Assembly (NCBI GenBank): GCA_021846685.1
Contig: JAJZWL010000001.1
Coordinates: forward strand, 71,484 to 135,483
Direction: 5' to 3'
Origin: a bacterium
GTDB lineage: Bacteria; Patescibacteriota; Dojkabacteria; JAKAPS01; JAJZLI01
DNA length: 64,000 nucleotides
How positions within the stretch are numbered: position 1 is the first letter of the stretch; each line of letters begins with the position of its first letter. The notes below the pieces were generated by a model, which was given only the letters and a program-made list of their open reading frames with translations, did not search any database and was not told the DNA's origin. The translations under genes were made by a program, and so were the position numbers. Of the stretch, positions 10,179 through 21,043 are shown piece by piece.

Positions 10179-11522
10179 TTGTGCAAAATCGAAAAGTATT
10201 TCCTTTTATCTTTAAATAGACAAGTGTATTGTTATTTGTTAATATTTTATATTATGAGTTATATTAAAAATATTAAGGAACTTTCTAAAAATAAGCAAAG
10301 AAGCGCAGTTTTGAGTTTGGTAGAAAGTGCTTATAAATCTATCGACCCTAAAAATATTTTAGATGAGAGTATTTTATATAATAATGGAATACTTACGGTT
10401 CAGAATCAAGAATTTATACTTAGTAAATATAAAAAAATATACCTTTTAGGTATAGGGAAAGGATCATCTTATATATCAGATTTAATTAATATAAAATTAG
10501 AAGGTGTAATAACAAAAGGTTTTGCAATAGATCTTATTAAAGAAGATAGTAAAAAGATAAAGACCACGATAGGATCTCACCCTCTTCCTTCTGAGATTAA
10601 TTTTGATTTTGCGACAAAAATGATTTCTGAATTTAATGGATTATCTTCAGAAGATTTAGTTATCACTATAATTTGCGGAGGAGGTTCTTCTCTTTTTGAA
10701 TATAGTACTATTGGTTTAGAAGATAAAATTAAAGTAGAGAATCAACTTTTACATTCTAGTGCAGATATATATGAGATTAATACATTAAGGAAACATATTT
10801 CTCTTGTTAAGGGGGGTAATTTTGCAAAGATTTGTTATCCAGCAACTGTAATTGATCTTGTTTTCTCTGATGTATTAGGAAATGATCTTTCCTTTATAGC
10901 TTCAGGTCCGATGGTCTATGATGAAACTACAAAGGAAGATGCCATTAATATTGCAAAAAAATATCAAATTAATATTGATGAAAAGTACATAAAAGAGACT
11001 CCTAAAGATAAGGATATATTTATTAATGTTAAAAATTTTTTAATACTTACAAATATGACGCCACTTAGAGCTATGAAGAAAAAAGCACAAGATTTAGGTC
11101 TTGATGCATTTATATATTCAGATAGAGTTAATGGAATTGCCAAAGATTTGGGCTGTACTCTTATAGAAAATTGTCCTAAAGGTAAAATTCTTCTTGCAGG
11201 AGGAGAGACTACTGTGTTAGTTAAAGGGAAAGGTCTTGGTGGAAGAAATCAAGAAGTTGTTGCAGGTGCATTTAAATGTATATCAAAAGATATAGTAATA
11301 TGTTCTTTTGGGTCAGATGGTTGGGACAATTACTTTTTGGCAGGGGCTATTGCAGATTCTGAGTCAATTAGTAGTGCAAAAAAAGAATTTTTAGAAGTAG
11401 ATGATTTCCTTAAAGATAATAATACTTTACCTTTTTTTCAGAAAATAGGAGATGGTATCAATACTGGTAAATTACCATCAAATGTATCGGATTTAATGAT
11501 AGTGTATAGATTTGCAACCTAG
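10179..11522 (+). CDS. Glycerate kinase, MOFRL family (GckA/TtuD-like)
   Basis: DUF4147-like N-terminal part (LLGIGKGS) and MOFRL C-terminal motif LLAGGETTVLVKGKGLGGRNQE. The real start is probably the Met at about 10254 (MSYIKNIKE). Confidence 0.7.
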   Translation: MCKIEKYFLLSLNRQVYCYLLIFYIMSYIKNIKELSKNKQRSAVLSLVESAYKSIDPKNILDESILYNNGILTVQNQEFILSKYKKIYLLGIGKGSSYISDLINIKLEGVITKGFAIDLIKEDSKKIKTTIGSHPLPSEINFDFATKMISEFNGLSSEDLVITIICGGGSSLFEYSTIGLEDKIKVENQLLHSSADIYEINTLRKHISLVKGGNFAKICYPATVIDLVFSDVLGNDLSFIASGPMVYDETTKEDAINIAKKYQINIDEKYIKETPKDKDIFINVKNFLILTNMTPLRAMKKKAQDLGLDAFIYSDRVNGIAKDLGCTLIENCPKGKILLAGGETTVLVKGKGLGGRNQEVVAGAFKCISKDIVICSFGSDGWDNYFLAGAIADSESISSAKKEFLEVDDFLKDNNTLPFFQKIGDGINTGKLPSNVSDLMIVYRFAT

Positions 11523-11548
11523 ATATATAGATGTTATATTTGTAGAGT

Positions 11549-12409
11549 ATGTTAGATGATATTTCCGATAAAAAAGTAAAATTTCTAGAAGAAAAATCGT
11601 TAGAAATAAGGGAGTTGATAATAGGTATGTTATTAAAAGCAAAATCAGGACATACTGCAGGTCCTTTAGGTTTAGCAGATATATTTTCAGTTCTATATTT
11701 CCACACTTTAAATCATTTTCCTCATGATCCAGATTGGGAAGATCGTGATAGATTAATTCTTTCAAATGGACATGTTTGCCCTGTTAGGTATGCTTCAATG
11801 GCTCTTTCTGGGTATTTCCCACTTAAAGAGCTTGATACTTTAAGACAGTTAAATACTAGATTGCAAGGACATCCTCATAGAAGTGCTCTCCCAGGGTTGG
11901 AAACTACCTCTGGACCATTAGGAGAAGGAATTTCTCAGGCTATTGGTATTGCATTATCAGCTAAATTAGATAAGAAAGATTATAGAGTATATGTAGTGAC
12001 TGGAGATGGAGAACATAACGAAGGAAATATCTGGGAATCTATAATGATGGGAGCTAGGTATAAATTAGATAATCTAGCGGTAATTGTAGATAGAAATAAT
12101 ATTCAAATTGATGGATTTACAGAAAATGTCATGCCATTAGATGATTTAAAAAATAAATATGAATCTTTTGGGTGGGTAGTCTTTGATATTGATGGTAATA
12201 ATATAAGAGATATTGCAGATGCTTTTTCCAAAACAAGAAGTATTCATGAGAAGCCTGTAGTTATAATAGCTCATACTGTACCTGGAAAAGGTGTTGATTT
12301 TATGCAAAATGATTTTAAATGGCATGGTATGCCTCCTCAAGAGGCACAAGCTAAGATTGCGTTAAAGGAGCTAAGAACTCTTAAAAATAAAATTGAAAAT
12401 GATTATTAA
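11549..12409 (+). CDS. Transketolase, N-terminal subunit (split tkt)
   Basis: TPP-binding motifs GHTAGPLGLADIF, GDGEHNEG; 286 aa followed directly by the C-terminal subunit gene. Confidence 0.85.
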   Translation: MLDDISDKKVKFLEEKSLEIRELIIGMLLKAKSGHTAGPLGLADIFSVLYFHTLNHFPHDPDWEDRDRLILSNGHVCPVRYASMALSGYFPLKELDTLRQLNTRLQGHPHRSALPGLETTSGPLGEGISQAIGIALSAKLDKKDYRVYVVTGDGEHNEGNIWESIMMGARYKLDNLAVIVDRNNIQIDGFTENVMPLDDLKNKYESFGWVVFDIDGNNIRDIADAFSKTRSIHEKPVVIIAHTVPGKGVDFMQNDFKWHGMPPQEAQAKIALKELRTLKNKIENDY

Positions 12410-12412
12410 ATT

Positions 12413-13405
12413 ATGTTAAATGAATCTTTATATTTAAATAAGAATATTTTTTCTGATAGTGTAGATAAAAAAGCTACAAGAGATGGATATGGGGATGAAT
12501 TATTAAAACTAGGAGAAGATAATGAGAATATTGTAGTTCTTACAGCAGATTTGACAGAATCTACTAAAGTAGATAAATTTGCAGAAAAATATCCAGAGAG
12601 ATTTTTTGAATGTGGAATAGCAGAGCAAAGTATGGTAGCTGTAGCTGCAGGTTTTGGAGTAAATGGGAAAAGAGCTTTTAGTTCTTCTTATGCAACTTTT
12701 TCTCCAGGAAAAAATTGGGAAACAATCAGGACAACTGTTGCATATAATGATTCTGATGTTAAAATTGCGGGTCATCATGCCGGATTAATGACTGCACAAG
12801 ATGGAGCTACTCATCAAGCTTTAGAAGATATAGCCTTGATGAGAGTATTGCCTAATATGAAAGTCCTATCCCCATGTGATTATTATGAGGCAATGAAAGT
12901 CACAAAAATTGCAGGAGAAACATATGGGCCTTTTTATCTTAGATTTACAAGAGAAGCAACCCCAATCATCACAACTCAAGATACTCCTTTTTCCTTAGGC
13001 GAGAACTATTCTTACTGGATAAGTGAAAAACCTAAATGTGTGATATTTGCAACAGGATATACATTATATTATGCCTTACTTGCTGCGAATACTTTAAAGA
13101 AAGATAATATAGATGTAGAAGTTATCAATGTCTCATCTATAAAACCTATAAATAAAGAATTTATTGTATCTCGTGTGAAGAATGTGAGAAAAGTATTGAC
13201 AGTAGAAGATCATCAGGTAGCTGGAGGCTTAGGGTCTTTAATATCTGAAATACTTGCAGAAGAGTGTCCTTCTTTAATTGAATTTGTAGGTATGCATGAT
13301 CAATTTGGTGAATCAGGAACTTCAAGTGAACTTATATCTAAATATGGTATAGATGATAAAGGTATTACTTCTTCAGTATATAAATTATTAAAAAAAGCAT
13401 TATGA
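12413..13405 (+). CDS. Transketolase, C-terminal subunit (split tkt)
   Basis: Pyrimidine-binding and C-terminal domains (FECGIAEQSMV, KIAGHHAGLMTAQDGATHQ); 330 aa. Confidence 0.85.
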   Translation: MLNESLYLNKNIFSDSVDKKATRDGYGDELLKLGEDNENIVVLTADLTESTKVDKFAEKYPERFFECGIAEQSMVAVAAGFGVNGKRAFSSSYATFSPGKNWETIRTTVAYNDSDVKIAGHHAGLMTAQDGATHQALEDIALMRVLPNMKVLSPCDYYEAMKVTKIAGETYGPFYLRFTREATPIITTQDTPFSLGENYSYWISEKPKCVIFATGYTLYYALLAANTLKKDNIDVEVINVSSIKPINKEFIVSRVKNVRKVLTVEDHQVAGGLGSLISEILAEECPSLIEFVGMHDQFGESGTSSELISKYGIDDKGITSSVYKLLKKAL

Positions 13406-15060
13406 ATGATTTAACAGACTTAAAACAGGAAATACAAAAAAGGATTAAAGGTGAAGTATCTACAGATAATGAGGTTTTAGAATTTCATAGTAGGGACACA
13501 TCTATTTTTAAAAGAAGACCTCAGCTAGTTGTTTTCCCTCATAATAGTGAAGATATAGAAGAATTAGTAAAGATAGTAAATGAAAATAAAAATAAAATAA
13601 AGAACCTTTCAATTACTCCTCGTTCTGGTGGAACATGTATGTCTGGAGGAACGATTACTGATTCAATTGCTTTAGATATGAAATATTTTGATAAACTTAA
13701 GAAATTTTCTAAAGAGGATATGTATGCAGTGGTAGAACCTGGCCTTTATTATAGGGATTTTGAAAAAGTGGCAGATCAAAATAATGTAGTCTATCCTTCT
13801 TATCCAGCTTCAAAAAATATTTGTGCTTGGGGAGGAATAGTTAATAATAACTCAGGTGGTGAAAAATCTCTAAATTATGGAAAAACTCAGAATTATGTAG
13901 AAGAAGTAAATATGATACTCAGGGATGGTCTTTTACATAATTTTAAAAAAATAAGTAAATCTGAATTAGATGAAAAAATGAAAAAAGAAGATTTAGAGGG
14001 TGAGATTTACAGAAAAGCTTTTGATCTTTTTGAAAAAAATGATGATTTAATTAAAAGATCTAAACCAAAAGTTTCGAAAAATTCATCAGGTTATAACATT
14101 TGGAATGTTTGGGATAAAGAGGCTCAAACATTTAATCTTTCTCAGGCATTTATAGGTGCTCAAGGCACTTTTGGTGTTATGACTGATGCAAAAATAAAAT
14201 TTGTTGAAAAAAAGAAATATGAAGGTATGTTAGTTGTATTTATGGAAAGTTTTGATAATCTTCCTCAGATCATTAATGAAGTCCTAAAGTACAAGCCTGA
14301 AAGTTTTGAATCTTTTGATAACTACACATTCAAATTAGCACTTAAATTCTTTTTTGCATTTTCAAAATTATTAGGCAGTAATGTTGTGAAGATGCCTTTT
14401 GAATTTTTTCCTGAATTTATGCTTGTTTTAAAAAATGGAGTTCCTAAATTAATTCTTTTAGTAGAATTTAATGAAAATGATAAAGGAATTATTGATACAA
14501 ATATTATGAATCTAAAAAAAGATCTGGCTAAATATAAGAATGTTTATATGAGACAAGCAAAAACAGACAAGGATATTGAAAAATATTTTGCTATTAGGAG
14601 AGAAAGTTTTAATCTGCTGAGACAAAGGATCAAAAATTTAAAATCTGCCGCTTTTATAGATGATATTATTGTAAGTCCAGAAAATCTTCCTGCATTTTTA
14701 CCTAAAATCTATGAAATACTAGATTCAGAAAAACTTTTATATACAGTTGCAGGACATATGGGAGATGGAAATTTTCATATTATTCCTTTAATGGATTTAA
14801 GAAAAAAAACTGAAAGAGATAAAATTTTTAGAATCGCTGATAGAGTATATGAATTGGTACTTTCTTTTGAAGGGGTTATTACCGCAGAACATAATGATGG
14901 ATTAATAAGGAGTCCTTATCTTGAGCAAGAGTATGGGAAGGATATATATTCTATTTTTAAACAATTAAAAGATATATTTGACCCTGATTTTATTTTTAAT
15001 CCAAATAAAAAGATTGGTGTGACAAAGGAATTTTCTGAATCTTTGATAGCTGAAGATTAA
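13402..15060 (+). CDS. FAD-linked oxidase (GlcD/D-lactate dehydrogenase-like, PCMH-type FAD-binding domain)
   Basis: N-terminal FAD-binding region PQLVVFPHNSEDIEELVKIV...RSGGTCMSGG and C-terminal FAD-oxidase domain (HMGDGNFH); ATGA overlap with the preceding gene. Confidence 0.7.
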   Translation: MNDLTDLKQEIQKRIKGEVSTDNEVLEFHSRDTSIFKRRPQLVVFPHNSEDIEELVKIVNENKNKIKNLSITPRSGGTCMSGGTITDSIALDMKYFDKLKKFSKEDMYAVVEPGLYYRDFEKVADQNNVVYPSYPASKNICAWGGIVNNNSGGEKSLNYGKTQNYVEEVNMILRDGLLHNFKKISKSELDEKMKKEDLEGEIYRKAFDLFEKNDDLIKRSKPKVSKNSSGYNIWNVWDKEAQTFNLSQAFIGAQGTFGVMTDAKIKFVEKKKYEGMLVVFMESFDNLPQIINEVLKYKPESFESFDNYTFKLALKFFFAFSKLLGSNVVKMPFEFFPEFMLVLKNGVPKLILLVEFNENDKGIIDTNIMNLKKDLAKYKNVYMRQAKTDKDIEKYFAIRRESFNLLRQRIKNLKSAAFIDDIIVSPENLPAFLPKIYEILDSEKLLYTVAGHMGDGNFHIIPLMDLRKKTERDKIFRIADRVYELVLSFEGVITAEHNDGLIRSPYLEQEYGKDIYSIFKQLKDIFDPDFIFNPNKKIGVTKEFSESLIAED

Positions 15061-15071
15061 ATAAATATTAA

Positions 15072-16379
15072 ATGAAATTGAGAAATATTAAAATTAATAG
15101 AGGAAGTCATCTTGGTCTTTTTTCGGCTATTTTATTTTCCATTGGGAGTATAGTAGGTGGTGGAATATTTGCTTTGACAGGGATGGCTATAAAAAATTCT
15201 GGATATTTTTCTTTAATATCATTTGTTATAGCATTTATTCTAATATTAATATCTGGATTATCATATTCTCAGTTATCGGTTATATATCCTTCAGATGGAG
15301 GTGGTTATCTTTTTGCAAAAGAATTATTAGGGAATTTTTGGGGATTTTTAACAGGTTGGGGAATATATATATCTAGTTGTATATTCATAGCTTTTGTATT
15401 GCATGTATTTGGAATTTATTTATCAGAGTTTTTTATTCACTCGTTAACAGATGTAAATGCTTCTATAATTGCATTTGTTGTGCTTTTTATAGTTGGGATT
15501 TTAAATATATCTGAAACGGGATGGTTTGAAGGAACTCTTGTATTTCTTAATATATTAATATTATTTATATTTATAATTTCTGGATTTTTCCACTTAGGGG
15601 GATTTGCCTCAAATTATAAGGGAGGTAGTATATCCTCCATTTTTCCTACTATTGGTATAATTTTCATTTCTTTTATGGGTTTTCAAGCAATAACCAATAT
15701 ATCTGAAGAGGTAAATAATCCAAAGAAGACTATCCCTAAAGCTATAGTGATAGCACTGCTATTTGTTTTAATTTTATATGTATTAATTGATATTGTTGTT
15801 TTATCTGTATTAAAAGGGAATTTCAATGTATCCTCAGTAATGATTGCTGCAGAAAAAACGATGGGACCATTGTTTATACTATTACCTTTTTCTGCATTAA
15901 TATCAACTCTTTCTGCTGCTAATTCTAATATTATATCGTCTTCAAAAACCATATTTTTCATGTCAGAAGAAAAACAGATTTCGAATAAATTTTCTAAAAC
16001 TAATAGGTTTAATTCTCCATATCGATCATTAGTATTCTTATCTATAATAGTTATTAGTTTTTTAATCTTCTCCAATACATCTTTTTTAGTAAGTGTTGCT
16101 GTAGTTTTGGTAATGTTTTTATTTATCTTAATCAATCTTTCATCTTTTATTTTTAACATGAAGTACAAACACATACGGGATAAGAGATCATTTAGAATTT
16201 TCAGTGATTATTTACCGTTATGTGGAGTTTTAATAACATTAAGTATATTTTTAAGTGTATCTTTTCTTTCTTTTGAAGTAGCTAGTGTACTCTTTTTCTC
16301 AGGTGTGATATACTATGAGTTAGAAGATTCTAGTTTTTTTAATCGATTATATAAATTTGTAAAGTATAGATATGCATGA
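15072..16379 (+). CDS. Amino acid/polyamine permease (APC superfamily)
   Basis: About 12 predicted TM helices; N-terminal GGGIFALTGMAI motif typical of APC transporters. Confidence 0.6.
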   Translation: MKLRNIKINRGSHLGLFSAILFSIGSIVGGGIFALTGMAIKNSGYFSLISFVIAFILILISGLSYSQLSVIYPSDGGGYLFAKELLGNFWGFLTGWGIYISSCIFIAFVLHVFGIYLSEFFIHSLTDVNASIIAFVVLFIVGILNISETGWFEGTLVFLNILILFIFIISGFFHLGGFASNYKGGSISSIFPTIGIIFISFMGFQAITNISEEVNNPKKTIPKAIVIALLFVLILYVLIDIVVLSVLKGNFNVSSVMIAAEKTMGPLFILLPFSALISTLSAANSNIISSSKTIFFMSEEKQISNKFSKTNRFNSPYRSLVFLSIIVISFLIFSNTSFLVSVAVVLVMFLFILINLSSFIFNMKYKHIRDKRSFRIFSDYLPLCGVLITLSIFLSVSFLSFEVASVLFFSGVIYYELEDSSFFNRLYKFVKYRYA

Positions 16380-17106
16380 AAGTAAGTTAGGTCTTGTTAC
16401 TGAGATACAAGAAAGTAAATTTCCGAGGCATATAATGATTATTCCTGATGGAAATGGAAGATGGGCGAAAGAAAGAGGTCGCGCTGTATCTTTTGGGCAC
16501 AAAAGAGGAGCAAAGGTTATGGAAGATCTTTTGAGAAAACTATCTAAATTAGATAAACTGAAGTATATTACTCTATGGGGATTTTCTTCGGATAATTGGA
16601 AAAGATCTCCTGCTGAAGTACATTTTTTAATGAAAACCTTCAATAATATGTTAGAAACTTTTTCGGGAGAATTTAAAAAAGAGAATACAAGGTTTATACA
16701 TATAGGAAGGAAGGATAGAATTCCAGCCTATTTAAAAAAGACAATAGAAAAATTAGAATATGATACAAAAGATAATAATTCTAGAATTGCTTCAATAGCT
16801 ATAGATTTTGGAGGTATGGATCAATTTCTTAGATTAGTAAATATGGTGATAGAACAGCATATAGAAAATGATATAGATATGAATGAGCTATTGTCTTTTT
16901 TAGATGGGAAAGGTATAATTCCTCCTGCAGATTTATTAATTAGAACGTCGGGTGAAAAACGTACCTCAGATATAGGATGGCTTAATGGTGCTCCAACGGA
17001 GCTTTACTTTGAAAAAAAATATTTTCCTGATATTAATATAGAGGATATATATGAAGCAATTATTGCTTTTTCATATAGAGATAGAAGATTAGGACAAAGA
17101 GTATAA
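16372..17106 (+). CDS. uppS: Isoprenyl transferase (undecaprenyl diphosphate synthase)
   Basis: HIMIIPDGNGRWA and the conserved ...SDNW(K)R... motif; 244 aa. Confidence 0.85.
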   Translation: MHESKLGLVTEIQESKFPRHIMIIPDGNGRWAKERGRAVSFGHKRGAKVMEDLLRKLSKLDKLKYITLWGFSSDNWKRSPAEVHFLMKTFNNMLETFSGEFKKENTRFIHIGRKDRIPAYLKKTIEKLEYDTKDNNSRIASIAIDFGGMDQFLRLVNMVIEQHIENDIDMNELLSFLDGKGIIPPADLLIRTSGEKRTSDIGWLNGAPTELYFEKKYFPDINIEDIYEAIIAFSYRDRRLGQRV

Positions 17107-17153
17107 CCTTAAGTAAAAAAAGGTTATATGTTTATTTAATTAAAAAATAATTT

Positions 17154-18824
17154 ATGGATAAAAAATTAAAAGTTATTACGCTAGGAGGCGTAGAAGAAGT
17201 AGGAATCAATTCTACTATTATAGAAAATGATAGAGATATTATTGTAATAGATTTCGGATTAGGATTTCCTGATGATAATTTATTTGGAATAGATCTATTG
17301 ATTCCAAATTTTGATTATTTAAAGGCAAATAAAGATAAAATAAGAGGGTTTATAATAACTCACGGTCATTTAGATCATATAGGAGGGTTACCTTATGTTA
17401 TGGAAGAATTAGGATTTCCACCAATATATGGAGCTAAAATGACTATTGAAATTATAAAAGAAAAAATGTCTGAAAAAACTTTCTCTTTAAAGAATAAAAT
17501 TAATGTAATTGAATTTTCTAAAGATGATAGTTTTAATTTAGGTAAATTTAAAATCAGTTTTTTTGGAGTTAATCATAATATTCCAGATTCTGTAGGTATT
17601 ATAGTAGGAACTGAATTTGGGAATATAGTACATACTGGAGATTTTAAATTTGACAATACTCCTTTTCAAGAACCTGTAACAGAATATGCAAAAATTGTGA
17701 AAGTCGGAGAAGAAGGAGTTTTATTAGCTATGTCTGATAGTACTAATGCTACTAAAACAGGGATGTCTGTCTCTGAAAGTGGTATTACCCCTGTTTTGGA
17801 GAATATATTTATAAAAGCTCAAGGTAGAATAGTTGCAGCAACTTTTTCATCTTTACTTACAAGGGTAAATCAGTTAATAACTCTTGCACAAAAATATAAT
17901 AGAAAAGTATCAATATCAGGTATTTCAATGGAAACAACAGTAAAGATTGCTAAAAACTTAGGGTATTTAAAAGTTCCTGAAAGTATTTTTATAAAGCCAG
18001 AAGAGGTATCTAAGTATAAAGATAGTGATGTCTTAATTGTTACTACAGGAGCTCAAGGAGAAGAGAATGCAGGTTTGATGAAAATGATTACAGGCGAACA
18101 TCAATATATAAATATAACTAATACAGATACAGTTGTACTTTCTTCTTCTGTAATACCTTCAAATGCAATATTAGTACAAAAACTTCTGGATACTATTATT
18201 TCTACAGGAGCTCATGTTATACATCAAAGTATAATGGATGTTCATGCAGGAGGTCATGCACACCAAGAAGATCACAAATTATTTCTAAATTTAGTCAAGC
18301 CACAATTCTTTATGCCTATAGAGGGATATCAATCTTTTCTTGCGGCTCATATCCAAACAGCAAAAACTGTCGGAATAAAAAATAGTCAAATCTTAATGCC
18401 AAAAAATGGATTAGTATATGAATATTTCCCAGGAAGAGGTTTTGTCAGGGGTGAAAGAATAAAGCATGTTCCTGTAAGAATTTCGAATAATGTTATGTGG
18501 GATTTTGGGAATAAAATTCTTAAAGAAAGAGAGCAATTATCTGAATATGGACTGGTTTTGATTGTATTGAATTCAAATTCAAAATTTAAGCTCAAAAAAG
18601 ATCCCTATATACTTTCTCGTGGTTTTACTATGTCTAATAAAAATATGAAAATGTTATCTTATATGGAAAATTTTATTAAAAATACATTTGCCGAAAAAAT
18701 AGAAGATAGAATGAAAGATTCTGCAGAGGTAAAGACATTTATAATTGGTCAGGTAGAACAGGAATTTCTGGGTAAATTTAAACAAGAACCTATTGTTCTT
18801 GTTGTTTTAAGTAATGATAAATAA
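17154..18824 (+). CDS. rnj: Ribonuclease J (metallo-beta-lactamase/beta-CASP)
   Basis: ITHGHLDHIGG metallo-beta-lactamase motif and beta-CASP His motif HAGGHAHQED; 556 aa. Confidence 0.85.
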   Translation: MDKKLKVITLGGVEEVGINSTIIENDRDIIVIDFGLGFPDDNLFGIDLLIPNFDYLKANKDKIRGFIITHGHLDHIGGLPYVMEELGFPPIYGAKMTIEIIKEKMSEKTFSLKNKINVIEFSKDDSFNLGKFKISFFGVNHNIPDSVGIIVGTEFGNIVHTGDFKFDNTPFQEPVTEYAKIVKVGEEGVLLAMSDSTNATKTGMSVSESGITPVLENIFIKAQGRIVAATFSSLLTRVNQLITLAQKYNRKVSISGISMETTVKIAKNLGYLKVPESIFIKPEEVSKYKDSDVLIVTTGAQGEENAGLMKMITGEHQYINITNTDTVVLSSSVIPSNAILVQKLLDTIISTGAHVIHQSIMDVHAGGHAHQEDHKLFLNLVKPQFFMPIEGYQSFLAAHIQTAKTVGIKNSQILMPKNGLVYEYFPGRGFVRGERIKHVPVRISNNVMWDFGNKILKEREQLSEYGLVLIVLNSNSKFKLKKDPYILSRGFTMSNKNMKMLSYMENFIKNTFAEKIEDRMKDSAEVKTFIIGQVEQEFLGKFKQEPIVLVVLSNDK

Positions 18825-19464
18825 AAAAGCTTTTATAAGTGATATTAATATCATCAATAATAAATATATCTTGCTCTATTTAGAATATGATGGAGAGTTT
18901 GTATATAAGCCAGGTCAGTACATAATAATTATTTTTAATGAAAAATTAAGGAGGTCTTATTCTATAGCTTCTGTTGAAAATGGAAAAATATTAATTGGAG
19001 TAAAATTAGATCAAGGTGAAGGTACCTCGGCTTTAATGAAGTTGAAATTGAAAGATAATATTGAATTTATAGGACCAATTGGTAATTTCTATTATAGAGA
19101 AAGTAAAAAAAATCCTATCTTTATAGCTACAGGCATAGGGATTACTCCTATAAACTCAATGATAGACTATCTAGTTTCAATTAATGCTTTGAATTTAAAA
19201 CTTTTTTGGGGAGTAAAATCTGAAATTGATTTTATATTTAATTTTGACTATTTAAAAGATAAATTTATCCCTATAATATCAGATAGAAATACACAATTTA
19301 AAAATAAAGGTTATGTTACAGATTATTTGTTTAAATATATAGATGATTTCTCTGAGAAAGATTTCTATATTTGTGGAGATCCTAAAAAAGTAAATGATAT
19401 TAGAGAATATTTGCAATTCAAATTCCAAGTGGAGAAGGATTCTATTTATATAGAGAAATTTTAA
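18814..19464 (+). CDS. Ferredoxin-NADP reductase-like FAD/NAD-binding oxidoreductase module
   Basis: RRSYSIAS (RxYS FAD motif), ATGIGITP NAD(P)-binding motif, C-terminal YICGDP; no Fe-S domain; overlaps rnj by 11 nt. Confidence 0.6.
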   Translation: MINKKAFISDINIINNKYILLYLEYDGEFVYKPGQYIIIIFNEKLRRSYSIASVENGKILIGVKLDQGEGTSALMKLKLKDNIEFIGPIGNFYYRESKKNPIFIATGIGITPINSMIDYLVSINALNLKLFWGVKSEIDFIFNFDYLKDKFIPIISDRNTQFKNKGYVTDYLFKYIDDFSEKDFYICGDPKKVNDIREYLQFKFQVEKDSIYIEKF

Positions 19465-19468
19465 TATT

Positions 19469-20104
19469 ATGGATCTAAAAATATCAGATAAAATTAAAGA
19501 ATTAATGTCTAAAGTTAATTATGATAATAGGAAATTATCATCAGAACTTGGGATAAAAGAATCTGAATTCAGAAAAATGCTAGAAGAAGATTCTGTCCCT
19601 GCAAATATTTTATTTAAAATTGTAAAAATAATAAATACTAGTATTCTTTATTTTTATCCTAATAATAAAGACATATTTTCTGATATTATAGAAAAATGGA
19701 GGTATAATGAGGGTAATTCTCCATACACAAATATTCCATTGGTAGAAGATATTTATCCAGATAATTTGCTTAAGACATTGTTTACTTCACAGACTTCGGT
19801 AATGGTTCCTTTTAATTGTATAAAATATTTTGATTCTATTTTGGCTATTCGAGTAAAAAAATTGAAACTAAAAGATAGTAATATTGAAAGGAATACTATT
19901 GCTGTAGTAAATTTTTCTTTTGTAAGTGTAAAAAATTCGGAATTAGTAATTTGCTATGATAAAAGGAATAATTTTCATATTAGAAATTATTATAATGAGG
20001 AGCTATTCTCTTTTTATCCGGATAAAAAACCTATTAAGCTTAAAAACACTACTATATTTGGTAAAATTATATATTTCCAATTAGATAATTTAATTTTACT
20101 TTAA
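19469..20104 (+). CDS. Hypothetical protein with N-terminal XRE-like HTH
   Basis: N-terminal SSELGIKESEFRKMLEEDSVPANILFKIVKI resembles a Cro/C1 HTH; the rest has no recognisable motif. Confidence 0.3.
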   Translation: MDLKISDKIKELMSKVNYDNRKLSSELGIKESEFRKMLEEDSVPANILFKIVKIINTSILYFYPNNKDIFSDIIEKWRYNEGNSPYTNIPLVEDIYPDNLLKTLFTSQTSVMVPFNCIKYFDSILAIRVKKLKLKDSNIERNTIAVVNFSFVSVKNSELVICYDKRNNFHIRNYYNEELFSFYPDKKPIKLKNTTIFGKIIYFQLDNLILL

Positions 20105-20125
20105 TCTTTTTTATATAAAATTCGT

Positions 20126-20617
20126 ATGACTATGAATTTTAGCAATGAATTATTGTCAAATAGAACTGATGAAACTAAGGATGGTTTGAGTGTGGATGAT
20201 TTAGGGGCTATTGAGGCATGTTTATTAGTAAAGAAAAAGATAGATACTGTTTTTTTATCTCCAGAAGAAATAAGAATTTTAAAAGACAAAGATAAATTAC
20301 CTAAAGATTATATTGAATATATCCCTACAAAATCAAATAAGGTTGCTCAATTAGGTTCTATGGTCAGGATAAAACAGATTTTACGAGATGGATCCGTTAT
20401 TGAAGAGGCAGTCATGATATTTAGTAGAATTACATTTTTAGCAACTGATGGAGAATATGAAGTCGGAAATGAAGATGGTGTATCTAGATTTTATCCTATT
20501 GTTCCATATACCTCTCCTTTAGGAAGTGCTATTCTTGGACATATGGTTGGGGGAGATTATCTGGTGTGGCATTCAAATGATACTCAGTCAAAAGTTTCTA
20601 TTCTAGAAATTGAATAA
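20126..20617 (+). CDS. GreA/GreB-family-like protein (C-terminal FKBP-like domain)
   Basis: C-terminal YTSPLGSAILGHMVGGDYLV matches the GreA C-domain motif SPLGKALLGKKVGD; the N-terminal part is divergent. Confidence 0.5.
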   Translation: MTMNFSNELLSNRTDETKDGLSVDDLGAIEACLLVKKKIDTVFLSPEEIRILKDKDKLPKDYIEYIPTKSNKVAQLGSMVRIKQILRDGSVIEEAVMIFSRITFLATDGEYEVGNEDGVSRFYPIVPYTSPLGSAILGHMVGGDYLVWHSNDTQSKVSILEIE

Positions 20618-20623
20618 ATATTT

Positions 20624-20836
20624 TTATTTATTTATTTCCTTTTCTTTATTTATAAGTATTCTGCCAAATACTACGTCTATTATTGCTAGTATAAAGAATA
20701 ATGAGGCATGTTTTAATTGATATGTATCTGGGTGGTTATTAAATACTAATATATGTTGAAATCCTGGAATTAAATAATATATTGTAATTAATATAAAAAT
20801 AACTGCAAGTATAATTACAATATTTTTTTTCTTCAT
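20624..20836 (-). CDS. Small membrane protein (2 TM)
   Basis: 70 aa with two hydrophobic helices; no homology assignable. Confidence 0.3.
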   Translation of the reverse strand: MKKKNIVIILAVIFILITIYYLIPGFQHILVFNNHPDTYQLKHASLFFILAIIDVVFGRILINKEKEINK

Positions 20837-21043
20837 TATTATATGTTATAAAGTTATGCGCTATAAGTAGATTTTATCAGATTATTTTAATACTTACAAA
20901 CATAGGAATATCATAAATGATATAATCGAATGCGTAGTTAAAGGAATAAATTTTTGTAATAAAAAATATTTAATCTTCTGTATTAGTCTAAATATCCCCA
21001 ATAATAAATGGAGTAATTCTATATTAATATAAATATGACATAT

